NCBI RefSeq assembly: GCF_036321535.1
Contig: NC_087450.1
Location: 57,908,001-57,972,000, forward strand
Origin: Camelus dromedarius
Lineage: Eukaryota
DNA: 64,000 nt
Direction: 5' to 3'
This document shows positions 1 through 13,000 of the stretch, piece after piece. A model generated the notes under the pieces. The model did no database searches, was not told the DNA's origin, and saw nothing but the letters and a program-made list of their open reading frames with translations. The position numbers were made by a program, and so were the translations under genes. Each line of letters starts with the position of its first letter. Within the stretch, counting starts at the first letter, position 1.

Positions 1-3000
1 CACAGAATTCCCTGGAAGGTTTAGAAATGAGTTAAACTGATCAATAACAACAGAAAAAAATGCTTCGCAGGAGAGGGATGTCTTACTCTTTTAAGTCAGA
101 TTATATACAACAGACTTTTGGAAAAGTGTCAGCACACAGAGCTGAGAGCACGCCTGACTACCTGTGTTAGCACCACACACATCATGGGGACAGTCCCAGT
201 GGCCTCTGGGAGTCTTTATCACATTATATTAAAATTCAACGCAGTCAAATAAAGGCACAATATTCATAATCTCATTCCTACAATGTAACTGATCTACTAA
301 ATTGCCAGTAGAAACTCTCGAAGAAATTTTAATTTAACTCTTCCACATCAGTCAAAAAGATCACTCTAAATTATTTCTAAGTAGCTTTTCTTAGAAACCT
401 CCTGACAAATGAAATTACAATATGAAGTCAATAAGAGTTTATTCTCACCCCAAACCCAACAGTACTAATTAAAGAGAATAAAACCACCATTTTCGCAGTA
501 TGTTTATATGAAGTTATGTCAGCTGAAACCAACAGGGTGGGAAAGTTTAAAGGAAGAAATCAAAGCCCAATTCTAAAGTCTAATTGGACAGGAACGTTTA
601 TTGAGCATTATACAGCAGACATTTAATCTTAATCAATATTCCTTCCCTCTCAACCAAAAAAAAAGGAAGAAAAACTCCAAAGCAAACAAACCCCGATTAT
701 CTTGGTTCTGCACGTGCTTTGTCGTTTCCCGACTTACTCCACGCACGCAGGCCTAGTTAGTTAATTACGCCCCAGAAGGTATCAGAGACTGAGTCATAAA
801 CTCAGAAGCAGAAGCCAGTTCCACCACTGATGCGTCGGATAATCCGAGGAAAGTCACACTTCCCCACTCTTCTGACAACGGGAGGTGATTAAAAAAAACC
901 CACTACAGAGTAACACCGGCAGGAGCTACCAGCCCTCAGGTGTGCGCCTAGAATGTGTGCGCTTCCTCAGACTACCAAACGACCATCAGCAGGGAGAAAG
1001 AACTGGAAGGCGGGGGCGGCGAGAAAAGGGGTGTGGGAAGAGCACAGCACTGACTCGAAATCTTCTCACATCTACATGGGGCGTTTCCCTGAAGAAAACA
1101 CAAGGATCCAGTCATCAGCCTTCCTGTTGCCACAGCGCTGCCTTTCCACACCGCCCACACGTCAGCTTGGTTTCTACACAGACTGCAGACGGCCAGCGGG
1201 AGAGTCCCAGAGGCAGAGAGAGAACGGAGAGAGAGGAACGCAGGAGGCACCTGCGTGCTGTCGTCCCTGTCCCATCCTACAAGCGGGACCCGGTGAACTT
1301 AAGTGCACTTGGCAGATGTGGTGATCCGGCACCTGCTGTCCCAAATAGTAGACTGTTTGTTTGAAATACGCAGATCTGGGTGCAGGTGTGACACGAGGCA
1401 CACACAGACCACGTTCCAGCATCTCTGGGTACAGAATGGGATGGGGGGGTGCATCACGGGGAAGACCTGGCAGGCAAGCCGACTTCCACTCCAAACTTCT
1501 CGTGAGATATTCTGCACTTTAAAAAAAGCTAAAGAAAAAGCACCTGAGTAATTAGAGTTCATTTACATTTACCATGGGATTTGGAGTCTTGCAAGAAGAG
1601 CATCTGCCATATAAAAGAAACCTGAACTCCCAGGCCCTGCACCACCTGAGACCTCGAGTCCAGGTAAAATCAGGGGCGACTAATGATGTCTGGTTGGAGT
1701 GAAGGTCCCCGGGGGAGCTCACACGGAGCAAAACTGTTTGAAAGGACAGGTTTAGAAAACCACGCGAGGTGGACTCTCCGGGAAGGACCCAGGAGAAGGC
1801 GGGTTAATGTGACAAGCTGTCAAAGAAGAAAGTTCTAGATAGGAGCTTATTGTTTCATGGCAGTGGCAGGGTGGAGGAAGGGGGAAAACTAGACCAAAAA
1901 AAAAAAAAGAATGAAAAACAAACTCAAGTGACAGCACACTGGAGGCTGACTAGATGCGCTGCCTCAAACCTGTTCCACAGGACGCAGGCCTCACCACCAA
2001 AGCGAAGCTTCTTCAGCTGCCAAGTGTCTCCCTCGTCCAGCCGAACACACCGGGCCCGGCCCGCAGCCTCAGGCATGTGCAGTGACGGGCGTGTGCTACT
2101 GTCATCTGCAGGTTCTTTAGTCCCCGGGCTGCAGTGCACTTTATATCTGCACAGACCTCTTGCCCAGACACCTGAGCACACGTGAAGGGCTTTCCAGCTG
2201 AAGTCCACCCAAATTCGCTTTAAAAAAGAAACGTAGTAAGTTTCAAGGAGAAACCTGCCTTACGACCAGACCCAGAACAGTTTCTTCAAAGTCAGCTTTC
2301 CAATGGCCAACAATTCATTCCGTATCAGCTGATCACAAATTTCCAAACAACAAAAACTTGTCATTTCCAATTCCGATCAAACCACAACTCTAAAGACTAT
2401 TCATTCCCTATAAAGGAATGTGACTATCTTTCTAGCACCAAAATTTTTATTTTTTAGTTTAATGAATACATATTTTCAAACTGCATAGGAGGATCCCACG
2501 CCCACCCCAGAGTTGAAATAACGTCATTTCAGAAGCCTCCCCACTACCTTGAGCTTCCCTGGGGGGTCTCAGGACAGGACACACACAGAGCTCAGTTCAG
2601 TGGAGCCAGCCCACATCTGTTTGGACCCCAGAAGTCTCTTACCCTTCGTTTTAAAAGTAACAATGCTTCCTGGCTTCCTTTTTTATTTAGACCAGGGAGT
2701 ATACACTTTTGTTTTAAATCTCCTGCCTACATTTAATTGCAATTGCAAGTAAGACATTTGACTCACCTCTCTGCCTCCCTCCCATTCACACTGGAAATTT
2801 AAAGTTGAGAAACAAACCAAACCTGTCCCTGCTTAATGCAACCAAACCGGCAACACCTTATTTTACTGGAGCACTTGATTGATGCTTCACCAGAATGGAA
2901 TCCCTATAAATACAAGCAATATGCTCAGTGCAAACAAATTAAGAATTACTCTCACAATGAATTCCAAATATTATCCTTAGACAAAACAACAAACTGTTAT

Positions 3001-4695
3001 TAAACTCATAAACCTGCATCCCACAAGCACACACAAAAAGTCTTAAGTTCAAGCTACCAGAATGGATACACCCTTCGACAGAATAAACTCTGTGAGCTGC
3101 AATAATTCCTCAGCAGGACTCCAAACACTTTTGCTGAGACCAGAGACAAAAGCGAGAGACACCAAGTGCTCCATCCCAACCCAGGCCCGCGTGCGAGGGC
3201 TTCCCGGTGCTCCTGCTGGGCTCCGCGTCCCACTTCCTTCTTTTGTAACACAAGCCTCTCCGTGACACAGAAGACATCTGGTCCAGAAGGACAGTCCTGC
3301 AGAAGGCCTCGCAGTGCCTTTAGAGGGCTGACAGATTATGACGAGAAGGAAAAGCTCATGGAGGGATTGTTCCGTCCGGGAAATGGGATGCTCTAACTTT
3401 GTCCTCTCCCTTTTCCACGGGCCAAAGCACCACACTGAAGGAAAAAAATGTAAGGGAACTGAACCATGAAGAGACAAAAGTGTGTTGCAGTAGGCTCTGT
3501 CACCCCCAGAGGTAAGATCCTGCCACCAGAAAGAGATGAGGCTCCACCTGCCTGTGAGGACTCTGACCACAAACTGACCCAGAGTGTTTCCTTCTGCAGG
3601 TCCGATGAAGGCATCAAAAGGCAACTGGGCCACACAACAGCACAGCAGGACAAACACCCAAACCTTCAGGCTGGTTTAAGCCACAGACGCATAACACAAT
3701 AAGGAAAATTAGACTCTGTATCTGCTTTTTCTCTGACACTGTTTACTCCGGCAAGAGCTTACTGCAAAGCTGGCAGTAAATTCTGTGCTGCTAATATTTA
3801 AAAAATGAAACGTGTAGCGTGTAGCTGCATCCCAATCCACCTTCTAACAAGGATTCAGAAGTCACCTTTGGAAAAAGCACGTTAGTATTTTGTATCTCTG
3901 GGGTTTCATTACATCTTTAAAAGGTTTGCTTGATGCTGATGGAGATCGTAGCTAAGCACAGACGATCAAAGGGCTCTTGGGCTCTGCTTTGAACTGTGCC
4001 TGTTCTCCTGTTTCCCACACTGTCTAGTCAGCTAATCAAGTCCGTCCCTGTGCCACCAGCAGATCCCCCGCCCGCGAGCGCTCCCCTGGGTTACAGGGCT
4101 CCCTCAGAGCCGGCTGGCCCAATTCGCACTTGACCCCACACAGTTGTTTTCTGGTTTATAATTTCCACTCCTCTGTGGGTGAACATCACTCATCCAACAA
4201 GCAACATAAACGTTTTCCTTGCAGCACAGTGCTCTACTGCAGGAATTTGTGAGTCCATAATGCTTCTCTGTTAACAAGAACACTTACACTTTTTAATACT
4301 GTCCCGTCAGGAACACTTTCTGTCCATTTCAAGGTCTAGATTCTTGCCTCCTCAGGGGATCTCATTTCGATGACCAAGCAGCAAACATATTCCCATCTGC
4401 AGGACTCGGTGCTTTCTAACGGAGCTAAGCAGGGAGCCCAGCCCGGCTGAATGTGAACACAGGGAAGGCACTTCAAGCAGAGCACCGAGCACAGAACAGG
4501 CATCCAAAGCAGGTAATTCTCTCTCCCTAACTTCTTTTCCTCTATTTACTTTAGATCTTCGGGCTTTGAGAGGCCCTTACTTCACATCACTATCCAAATC
4601 TCACTGCTGTTGTAAACTCTCAGACTTACAATCCAAGGAAAAAATTAAACCCTAGGCCACGATGTGCAGCCACCCTACCCAGAATTACTCACTTG

Positions 4696-4866
4696 GTTTT
4701 GTTTTTGTTTTGTTTTGTTTTGTTTTGGCGGCGGTGGGTAGTTAGGTTTCTTTATGTATTTTTAAACTATTTTTAAATTTTATTTTTAGTGGAGGTACTG
4801 GGATTGAAACTAGGACCTTGTGCGTGCTAAGCATGCGCACTACTGCTAGGCTGTACCCTCCCCACC
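4696..4866 (-). mobile_element. Camelid-type tRNA(Ala)-derived SINE, long form with (CAAAA)n tail
   Basis: Minus strand reads GGGGAGGGTACAGCCTAGCAG...CTTAGCACGCACAAGGTCCTAGTTTCAATCCCAGTACCTCCA, then an A-rich spacer, AAACCTAACTACC and (CAAAA)n; TTGGTTTT on both flanks is a possible TSD. Confidence 0.85.
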
Positions 4867-7800
4867 AATTGGTTTTAGAAATACTGAAATTGGAGCAGAA
4901 CAGATAGCCCCAATTTATAAATTATTTGTGTCTCCAAAGTTCATGTGCAAAGTTTCTTTTCCTTAGAAATATGATGTTATATTTAGGATCTGAGGCCACA
5001 AAAGCCTGTTCAACCCACAATATATCTGAACTACAATACCGGCGTCCCAGCCCAGGTCTACCACAGTGCCTCGGCAACAGCAGACACTCAGTATTTGCTG
5101 GATAAAGTCAAGAACTCCTGCAATCGGGGGCAAGGTGCACGGTTAGCTCTGGATGAAATCTTTATATAGTCCCAGCCTGTGTTTATCTTTCCTCTCACCT
5201 TTCCTTATGCCTCTCCCCCATTTCCTAACTCTCTCTTCCCCAAGTGGCCAGAGCCCTCCTATCTCACAGATTCTAAACTTTCAGCACCTCACTAGAGCAC
5301 CACCTTTTCATAGTTCAAAGGGAACTGCCTCTTCTCCCTGCCAAAATTATCTCAAGCAACTGATCTCAGCTGCAAACCAGCAGGCAGAGAAATTTCATTA
5401 AGTCATTTCTCAATGAAATGTGAATGTCAGATGACCTTTCACTTGTCTGGACATTCCCAACTCTTGAAAAGACTACCCAAACAAACCTAATTTTGTGCGT
5501 AGTACAGAAAAATGAATGAAATCCATTCACAGTGGAGAGACCAGTGCTGCCAGGGGGATTGTTTCTAAAATATTTCTGCTTTTCAAAGCAACTTCCTTCT
5601 CCCCTGCTGCTTTGAAATCGAATGATTTTTTTTTTTACAAGTTTCATAACTTCTTCAGGTTTCCATGGTAACAGCAAGTATACGATTATGCTGATAAGTG
5701 GAGTGTGCACAAGGATAGCATAAGATGAGTCTAGCATGGACAGTGCTTTTCCCAAACTGGAACATAAGCCAAGGTGTTCAAGATTCAACCTGCTATGTCC
5801 TGAAAACGGTCAGCTCCGAAGAGCAGCAAAAGCTACAGAGAAGATACTCAGGTTGACGTGGGGAGAGAATTCTGGTTTTCCTCATCCTGGCCTGGCCAAA
5901 ACAGGTATATTAGACATTAGATTTTTTTTTTAAGTGGGGAGAAGGGAATGCCACGTATCTCCAATAAACCCTACGTTTGTGCGGGAGAATGAATTGGAAT
6001 TAAGAATCAAGTATCCTAAATTAGAGTAAGAAAGTGGGATGCTTTCAGAAAAAGAAGTGAAAAAAAACCCATACAGGATTCTGCATGTACATTTGTTCAC
6101 TCCGGTTGCCTTGGGGCATCAATTACTTTAAGTGTAAAAACAGAAAACATCAACTTGGCCAGAGAAAGCAAAATATCTACAGACTTAATTTCAACACACA
6201 CTTGAAGTTGGTGCCTGATACCAGCTTCAAAAGGCAGCAGCCTCATTAAGAAATGACATGAGCCCCATCTGGTAGCCGGCAAAGGCTTAAAAAATCAAGT
6301 CAGTGCTGGGGGTCTGGAAGGGGGAATGAAACTGACTTTAGCTACGTCAATTAACAATGCTATTAAGGCTACTTAGGACACGCCTCCGACAACAGTTCTC
6401 TTTAATACAAACATGCTGAAGGCCTTCAGAATAAAACCAGCCATTATCCGGACTCGTCACCTTGGCTTTCATTACTCCCACCCCGAAGAGTGACATATCA
6501 AACAAACAAAGCACCCTGCCCATGCACGGGGCCTTTCCGCCAAGATCTCCACACACTCTGACAAGTGCTTATTAATCCTGATGACACTCCGACAAAGATG
6601 AGAGCTGGCCACTCCGACCTTTTCACTCTCCTATGGGCATCGGGGGGAAAAACTGAGGGAGTGAACCAAGGAACCAACCCAAGCTCACAGATAAGTCAGA
6701 AGAGTGAACTCAGGACTTAGACGTTCCTGATGGGCGTCTGCACAGTTCCTCAGTCAGCCCCGAATGGCGAATAGGAAATATCTCCCTCGTCTGATTTAAG
6801 AACAGGAGAGCCAGCAGCGGGGCACAGAGCCAACTCCTCTTACAGGCTGCTTGCACACTGAGTCCTATTGTATTTAATTTCAAAATAACTGTAACAATGA
6901 TTATGTAAAATGAAAAGTTTACTTTTCCTTCTATTAGCCTCTCTATAGTGAATTCACTGTTTAATCAAGCACCCTGGAGACATCTGTACAGGATGGAAAT
7001 GGCCAGCAGGAAGAGTTTAATGCAGTGATGGTAACTTGAGCTTCCTTACAGACTGGTGGACCCCACTTCTATATCCTGCTCTCTTAAAGACACATTTTTG
7101 CCACAGACGCCACGACACCGTAAGAAAGGGGAGTGATTATAATACAAATACAACATGGTTCAAAGGAATCCAGTCATATGATTTTTTAAAAGCAATCCTA
7201 GGCAGTAAAAAAGTAAATTCTACAATACTTAGTACCTAATGCAGTGTCTTATTCTGTAATTGCTAAAATTCTTGTTGAATAAATAAAAGAAAAAATAAAA
7301 GAGAGGTTGGAAAAAGACAGGAAGATGATTGTAACTTTGTACCAGGTTCCTGATATAGAAGACTATCCCTAATCCTGCACAAGTACTAAACATCAATCTT
7401 ATTTTAACAACTGTCCCCAAATTAACGTTTCCATTGTGCTGCCTGAGATCCCAGTTTTTAAACTAATGCAAAGGAAAAAAATGCCAGAACTTTAATAATT
7501 TAGTGAGGAGAAGGGTTGTACTAAAAAGGAAAAAGGCTGTGGGAAAGGCAGAAATGACTTAAAAATATGGTTAATTTTTCTTAAAAGGTACTAAAAATTC
7601 TGCACACAATTATCCAAGTGACCTTCCGAATTGGAGGCAATTCTTCACTTGTAAAAGCCCAAGAGAGAAGAATCTTAAACAAGCTGTATCTAGAGGGGAG
7701 AGATATGAAACAGAGCATTGCTAATGACAACCTGTCCTCGAGGGCCTCTCTGCAAAAACTCCCGCAGCTTCCCAGGCACTGCTCCAGCAACCTTTACAAC

Positions 7801-8324
7801 ACGCCTCAAGGAGGGAGGAGACAGGTACTAACTCCACTCTGCAAAGGAGGAAATGGAGCCCAGGGAGCGAGGAGTCGGGCCTGAGCCCAGACGGAGAGCC
7901 AGCCCCATGCTGGGGGCTCCCGCACCGCACCACGTACCGTGAAGAGTGTCCACAAAAACTGTCTTTTGGGAGGAAGAAGAGAACAGAAAGGGGAGAAGGA
8001 TGGTTTCATGACACCTGGGAAGATGCTGTACTTTCAGATAACGTGAGATAATGAAAAGAGAGGAAGTGAGAACCAGCCAGTGGCGACCGGAGGAGAGGGC
8101 TGGCAGAGGAGTGGGGCCATCCCTTCTCCCGGAGCCCTATCCCACCTCGTGCCCCTCATGACTGCGGCCGTCACCTCTCCTCTGAGCCCTGCTTGTTCTC
8201 CCCATTCCTTAGCAAAGGAGTGAGAACAAGTAAAGCTGAAAAAAAAATTGGTTGTCAAGCCATTAAGGACCCTCTCCTCCTCCAAGAGCAGGTGATTCAG
8301 AAGGCCCTGGGCTTTGTCACCCAC

Positions 8325-8419
8325 CTTTGCTTCGTCGTTTATGTCCCAAGTGAAAGAAATGGCGTTATAAGCAATCTCCTCAATGTTACTGATGGTGTTG
8401 AAGCTTTCTTTGTAGTCAG
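8325..8419 (-). CDS. GRHL1: GRHL1 exon 8 (95 nt), CP2/Grainyhead DNA-binding domain
   Basis: Encodes (A)[31 protein letters not shown]; acceptor ctag|C, donor AAG|gtgggt; phase 1 to 0. Exon 9 (VFISVNCLST...) was not found below 8324, so the gene continues beyond position 1. Confidence 0.97.
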
Positions 8420-8609
8420 CTAGATGAGGGATGAGAAAGAAAAAAAAATTCACGATTTCTACTTTCCAACATGAGGTTATAGCAGCTCAAAGTGAGATTC
8501 AGCTTTTCATGTTATCATCTCTGGATAATATAAATTAATATTTTGTTGGGTCGAAAGAAGTTCAAAAAGTGAAGAAAAAGAATCACAGAAATTTTGTAAC
8601 AGAGGCAAG

Positions 8610-8740
8610 CTTAGATATATTTGATTTTATCCCATTATGTCAAAATTAGGATATTTAGGTCTAAAAAGCTTAAATAATTGTCCCAAGGCCACAGACCTAG
8701 TCCAGAGAACCAAGACTGGAACTCAGTTCTTTTAATTCTT
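8610..8740 (-). mobile_element. MIR
   Basis: TTATCCCATT...AATTGTCCCAAGGCCACAGACCTAG...GACTGGAACTCAG core. Confidence 0.65.
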
Positions 8741-9380
8741 CTGAAAGAGCACAAACATTACTAAAGGCAAAGAAAAGAAGTCACACGAAGATTAAGAGCC
8801 GTCTTGTGATACAGACCATGGTTTTACATGAAAATTATATACATGGCAAGAGCAGGGTTTTTCATAAAGCCACCTGACGAAGTACAGATTTGCACAGGTC
8901 TACACCCCAGGTGATGAGTCTCTGGGTCTATTTACAGACAGAAGAGACCCGCCATGCAGCTTAGCAGGTCACTCGGGAAGACTGTGTGTGACTGCCCATC
9001 AGCAGTATTTTTTTTTACTTGTTGAGCCTTTTTCTCCACCTTATTATCATCTCCAAATAATCTGAATCTCTTAAAGAAGATATTACCCCTCAAAAAATCT
9101 GTAGACTGTAAAGCAGGACACTGTTATGCGAGTTGACTACACAGCTCCTGGCCCCAGTGTCACATGGAAAGCCACTGCGCAGGGCATGTGTCCTCGTAAA
9201 GGAAGTAATGTTAAGAGCACTGATTCCAGGAGGCCAAGGACAGTGTCTGGAACAGATCAGTAGCTGGCATAAAAATTCAAATGCGTTCGGCAGGAAGTTG
9301 CTTACTGCCAAAAATAACTGGATTTAGAAAACTGGGTGTTTGCACCTCTGGGAATAAAAGCAAGCTCCGGAGCCACTTAC

Positions 9381-9492
9381 CTATGTCAATGCATCTTTGT
9401 TTAGCTGTGTGCTGCCGGGAGTGCCAGTATTTCCAATGCCTCAGCTGATCTTCTCTGCTTTTGTCCTCAGCAAACACCACCATGATCACACT
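9381..9492 (-). CDS. GRHL1: GRHL1 exon 7 (112 nt)
   Basis: Encodes [37 protein letters not shown](A); acceptor catag|AGT, donor ATAG|gtaagt. Confidence 0.97.
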
Positions 9493-9681
9493 CTATGAAA
9501 GAGAATGCATTACCGCGTCAAGACCCTGCGGGGTGAGTATTTTTTGGAAAATTTACTGAGCTTTAGATTTTGCAGTGAATTAAAACTGCGATTTGAGATT
9601 TTAATTTAGATCTGCTTCCCACCTGGAAACAATAAGCTCTGAGTAGCTTTCCTGGACCAGAGAACTGAGAGCAGAACTTAC

Positions 9682-9838
9682 TCGGACTTTGCTGATGGGG
9701 TGGTGGATTCCCTCGTTGCTGCTCACTTCCTTCAAGGTGACAGGGTAGAACTGGCCTTTGTTCAGGTAGGTCATGGTGCTATCGCCCGGCTTCTGTCGCA
9801 GGGATTTTGAGGCTTCCAGGGTATACTCAAAGTTGTTC
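9682..9838 (-). CDS. GRHL1: GRHL1 exon 6 (157 nt), start of DNA-binding domain
   Basis: Encodes (G)[52 protein letters not shown]; acceptor tttag|G, donor CGA|gtaagt. Confidence 0.97.
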
Positions 9839-10232
9839 CTAAAGAACAAAAAAAAGTCACAGATCCCTGATCTACTCTCTTGGAAGCCTCCCATATGCTT
9901 GAGCTCAGACTTGAAATGCTTCAGGGTGGATGTACGCAAACAGCAGACGCCTAGGAACATCCCACTGACCGTTGTCATATTATAAATAGCATTTGCTGCT
10001 TTTTCTAAAATATGACCTTAAGCAACCCAGAAAGTCTCAAATCTCAGATGTGGGGCTGAGAGGCTGGAAGGCCCGTGAATAAATTCAATTTGGCCTGCAC
10101 AGCACCTTTTTGTTGTTTTTGGTTATAATTTCAATGTCCTTAGACGGCACTCCTCAGTTCTCACTACATTTTCTATTATTTTATAGCACCATGAATATAT
10201 TCCCCTGAAGCTGTTTAATAACCTTGTTAGGC

Positions 10233-10447
10233 CAGGGGTTGGCAAATTACACCTACTTTTATAAATAAAGTTTTATTGGAATGTAGCCACGCCCTTCATT
10301 TATGCATTATCTACTGCCGTGTCTGGGCCGCATCTGTGCGACAGCGACAGGGCTAGGCACAGCTGGGCGGTTGCGACAGAGGCTGTGTGGCCCACAAAGC
10401 CTGAAATATTTACTATCTGATCCTTCACAGAAGTTTGCTGACCTCTC
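10233..10447 (+). mobile_element. MER58A-like hAT-Charlie MITE in GRHL1 intron 5
   Basis: Terminal inverted repeats CAGGGGTTGGCAAA ... TTTGCTGACCTCT, with the characteristic internal ATAAATAAAGTTTTATTGGAA and GGCCCACAAAGCCTGAAATATTTACTATCTG segments. Confidence 0.85.
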
Positions 10448-11138
10448 TCCTAGATCCTTGAGACATCTGAGTTTGTGACTCCTGTACCTTGAGGCAGGTC
10501 TTTAAGGAAGTCTCAATTCCCATAAAATCTTAGACTTTCAAATAAAACTTTAAAAACAGAACACATATAAAAATGTATAGAACAAGATTACAAAATGAAA
10601 TCCTGACTCCTAAAAAAATCTGAAGATGTATATATACATGTATCTTGGAAAACATTCATATGCCCAGACTGAGACACAATTTTGTGACGTCTACAAGAGG
10701 CAGGAAAGCAGCCCAGGGAACAGCTGGCTTCACTTATTTTATCGTTAGTGAGACTAATAAAAACATAAAAGCCTTTATTCACCAATGTTATTCCTAAATT
10801 CTCACAGAATTATACACTTTTGGAAACAGAAGTCACCTCTCAGAGATCTAATTTCTTCCCTTCATCTCTTCTCTGAGATTTCATTCTACTACCATCATAT
10901 AAAGAAACTTAAGGAGAGAAAAAGCACCAACACCAAGGATTAGGGGAACATGAAACACAGACCAGAGTTCAGAATTGAATGCACTGAAGCAGATGTCCTC
11001 CAGCAAAGACGCCACCACAGTCACTGCAGGAAGAGAAAAGCGAAAGCCACCAAAGCCACCTCTGATTTTTCAAGATCAAATTAACAAAGAAGTCGGAAAA
11101 GCTGAAAGTTAAACATCAAATTAAAAGACAACTATTAC

Positions 11139-11215
11139 CCAGAAACACTGTCAAAAACATAGTCCTCTGAATTCATGCCAGGCATCCGCAGACTGAGGTC
11201 CGAGGGGAAGAAAAC
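11139..11215 (-). CDS. GRHL1: GRHL1 exon 5 (77 nt)
   Basis: Not in the ORF track; read by hand as VFFPSDLSLRMPGMNSEDYVFDSVS(G); acceptor ttcag|GTT, donor TGG|gtaata. Confidence 0.96.
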
Positions 11216-12251
11216 CTGAAATACCAATGTTGATAAGCCACAACGATTTCACTTGTTAGCAGGCTCACTGAAGACCAACGTCTGGCACAGCATAAAGGTA
11301 TGTGGCTTACGGCAAGTCACTACTCTTTCAAAACTCATCTAAAATAAAAATTTAAACTCTACGAAAATTTTTAGAAGACAATTAAAAAGAAAAAAATACC
11401 CATTTTATAAGCCACTTGATGAAGTCAGGACAATCTATGCAGGTGCTTCCACAAAGAGCTTCGTTACTCTCTTTTTCCATCTTTCCCACACATCCCAATT
11501 CTGTTCAAACATTAGAATCTGCAACCAAAATCTCATGACTTTTAAGAGTCAGCTCTATCACTGTACCAAGTTAAGATACAGGATCGAGTTCGCACCAAGG
11601 CTGGATGGACTGGTGCACCTTCTCAGGAAAGGCTTCTGTTCTACTCCTCCCTCCATAAGCGGAGGCAGAGGCTCCTTTCCCCCAAGAGTCATTAAACACA
11701 GTCCCAAACATCTCCAGTCCCTAACTTTTATTTGTGTTCATCGCCACAAAACCCTCACATGTATTTGGGATTAGTTTGTAAATTTCACACAATGTCATTT
11801 GTCATCAAGATCTACCTGCCTCCCTGACGATACTACCAACCAAGAAACACCGAGCAGATACATGGCAAACCGTTTTCTATTAAGGCCAGTTGCAGGGAGC
11901 CTGTTTCGGTCTGGGACAAAAGTCAAACACAGACTATGTGGATGTATCTGTTGTCGATGGAAGATTATGTACGTGCTTCTCCTTCTCCTTCTCCAGCAAA
12001 TCACTTAGCTGAAATCAGAATTGTTAACTCAGCTGCTGGTAAGATTAGCTGTGTGCCCTTGATAATAAGTTCTGGTTTTATAGGTTTAGTTTACAAATTA
12101 TACCCACGGGCCTCTCTTTAAAAAAAAACTCTTTTGTTCCCAATCCATTCACTTCAGGCTGTGTTTCAAGCTTACGTAACAAGGAAGAGGTGGAACCCAA
12201 TACTTATACAAACACACAGCCGTCTTAGGAAGATGCTTTCATTTCCTGTAC

Positions 12252-12642
12252 CTCCTGAACGCCCTCCTTGAAGGTCTCTGAGAAGGTAGAGTCTGGAGTA
12301 CGTCTTTGAGCATTTGGGGGTTGAGCACCAGAGCTGAACTGGTCATTATTTAGGTTCCGGTCGAAAACCACCACACGCTCAGTGGGCTCAGGATGATACA
12401 CTGCTGGGGGGATCCCGACAGCAAAGCCGTGGGGCTGGGTTTCCGTCTTGATGGAGTGTGTAGGCATCGCTGCTATGGAGACAGTGACTGTGGTGTCAGG
12501 AGCTGTTAGGTGGCCTCTCTTGTCTATGCCCAGCTGGTTGCCGTGGGGAAGGACAATGTTAAAGGGCACATTTTTCAGCACCTGCACTCTGTTTTCTCCA
12601 GCAGAAATGAGGGGCTGCTCAGTCACATTTGGTATGCTGTTT
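12252..12642 (-). CDS. GRHL1: GRHL1 exon 4 (391 nt)
   Basis: Encodes (R)NSIPNVTEQPLISAGENRVQVLKNVPFNIV...TFKEGVQE; acceptor cttaaag|A, donor GAG|gtacag. Confidence 0.97.
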
Positions 12643-12864
12643 CTTTAAGAAAAGAAAAGACAATTGTGTTTTCAAACTCAATGCTGATACAGTTCCTTGA
12701 TAATTTTTATTCTCCTAATGGCACTGGGCTGTTAGGTCCTGTGCAAAATAATAGTAATACACTTGGTAGAAACCAAATACATAGAAAATGGCACGACAAC
12801 CCATTACTGGAGAAAAGAAAAAAACACTTCATAGTTATAGGTCAAGTGAAAAGTTACTAGTTGG

Positions 12865-13000
12865 AGCAGTACAGGGTGGTGGCTAAAGTACACACTCTGG
12901 AGTCAGATGACCTAGGTTCAAAATCCCTTAGTAACTACATGCTCGTCTATAAAATCAGGATAATAACGGTACCTATGCTCACAAGGTGGTGATGAGGAAG
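12865..13000 (+). mobile_element. MIR
   Basis: ACTCTGGAGTCAGATGACCTAGGTTCAAAATCC...CTATAAAATCAGGATAATAACGGTACCT. Confidence 0.75.

Noticed and set aside
885-3702. ORFs of 100-200 aa in GRHL1 intron 8 (e.g. 885-1364, 3049-3657)
   Set aside because: No recognisable domain, no consistent splice framework, and overlapping ORFs in several frames; none matches the expected GRHL1 exon 9 (VFISVNCLSTDF...).
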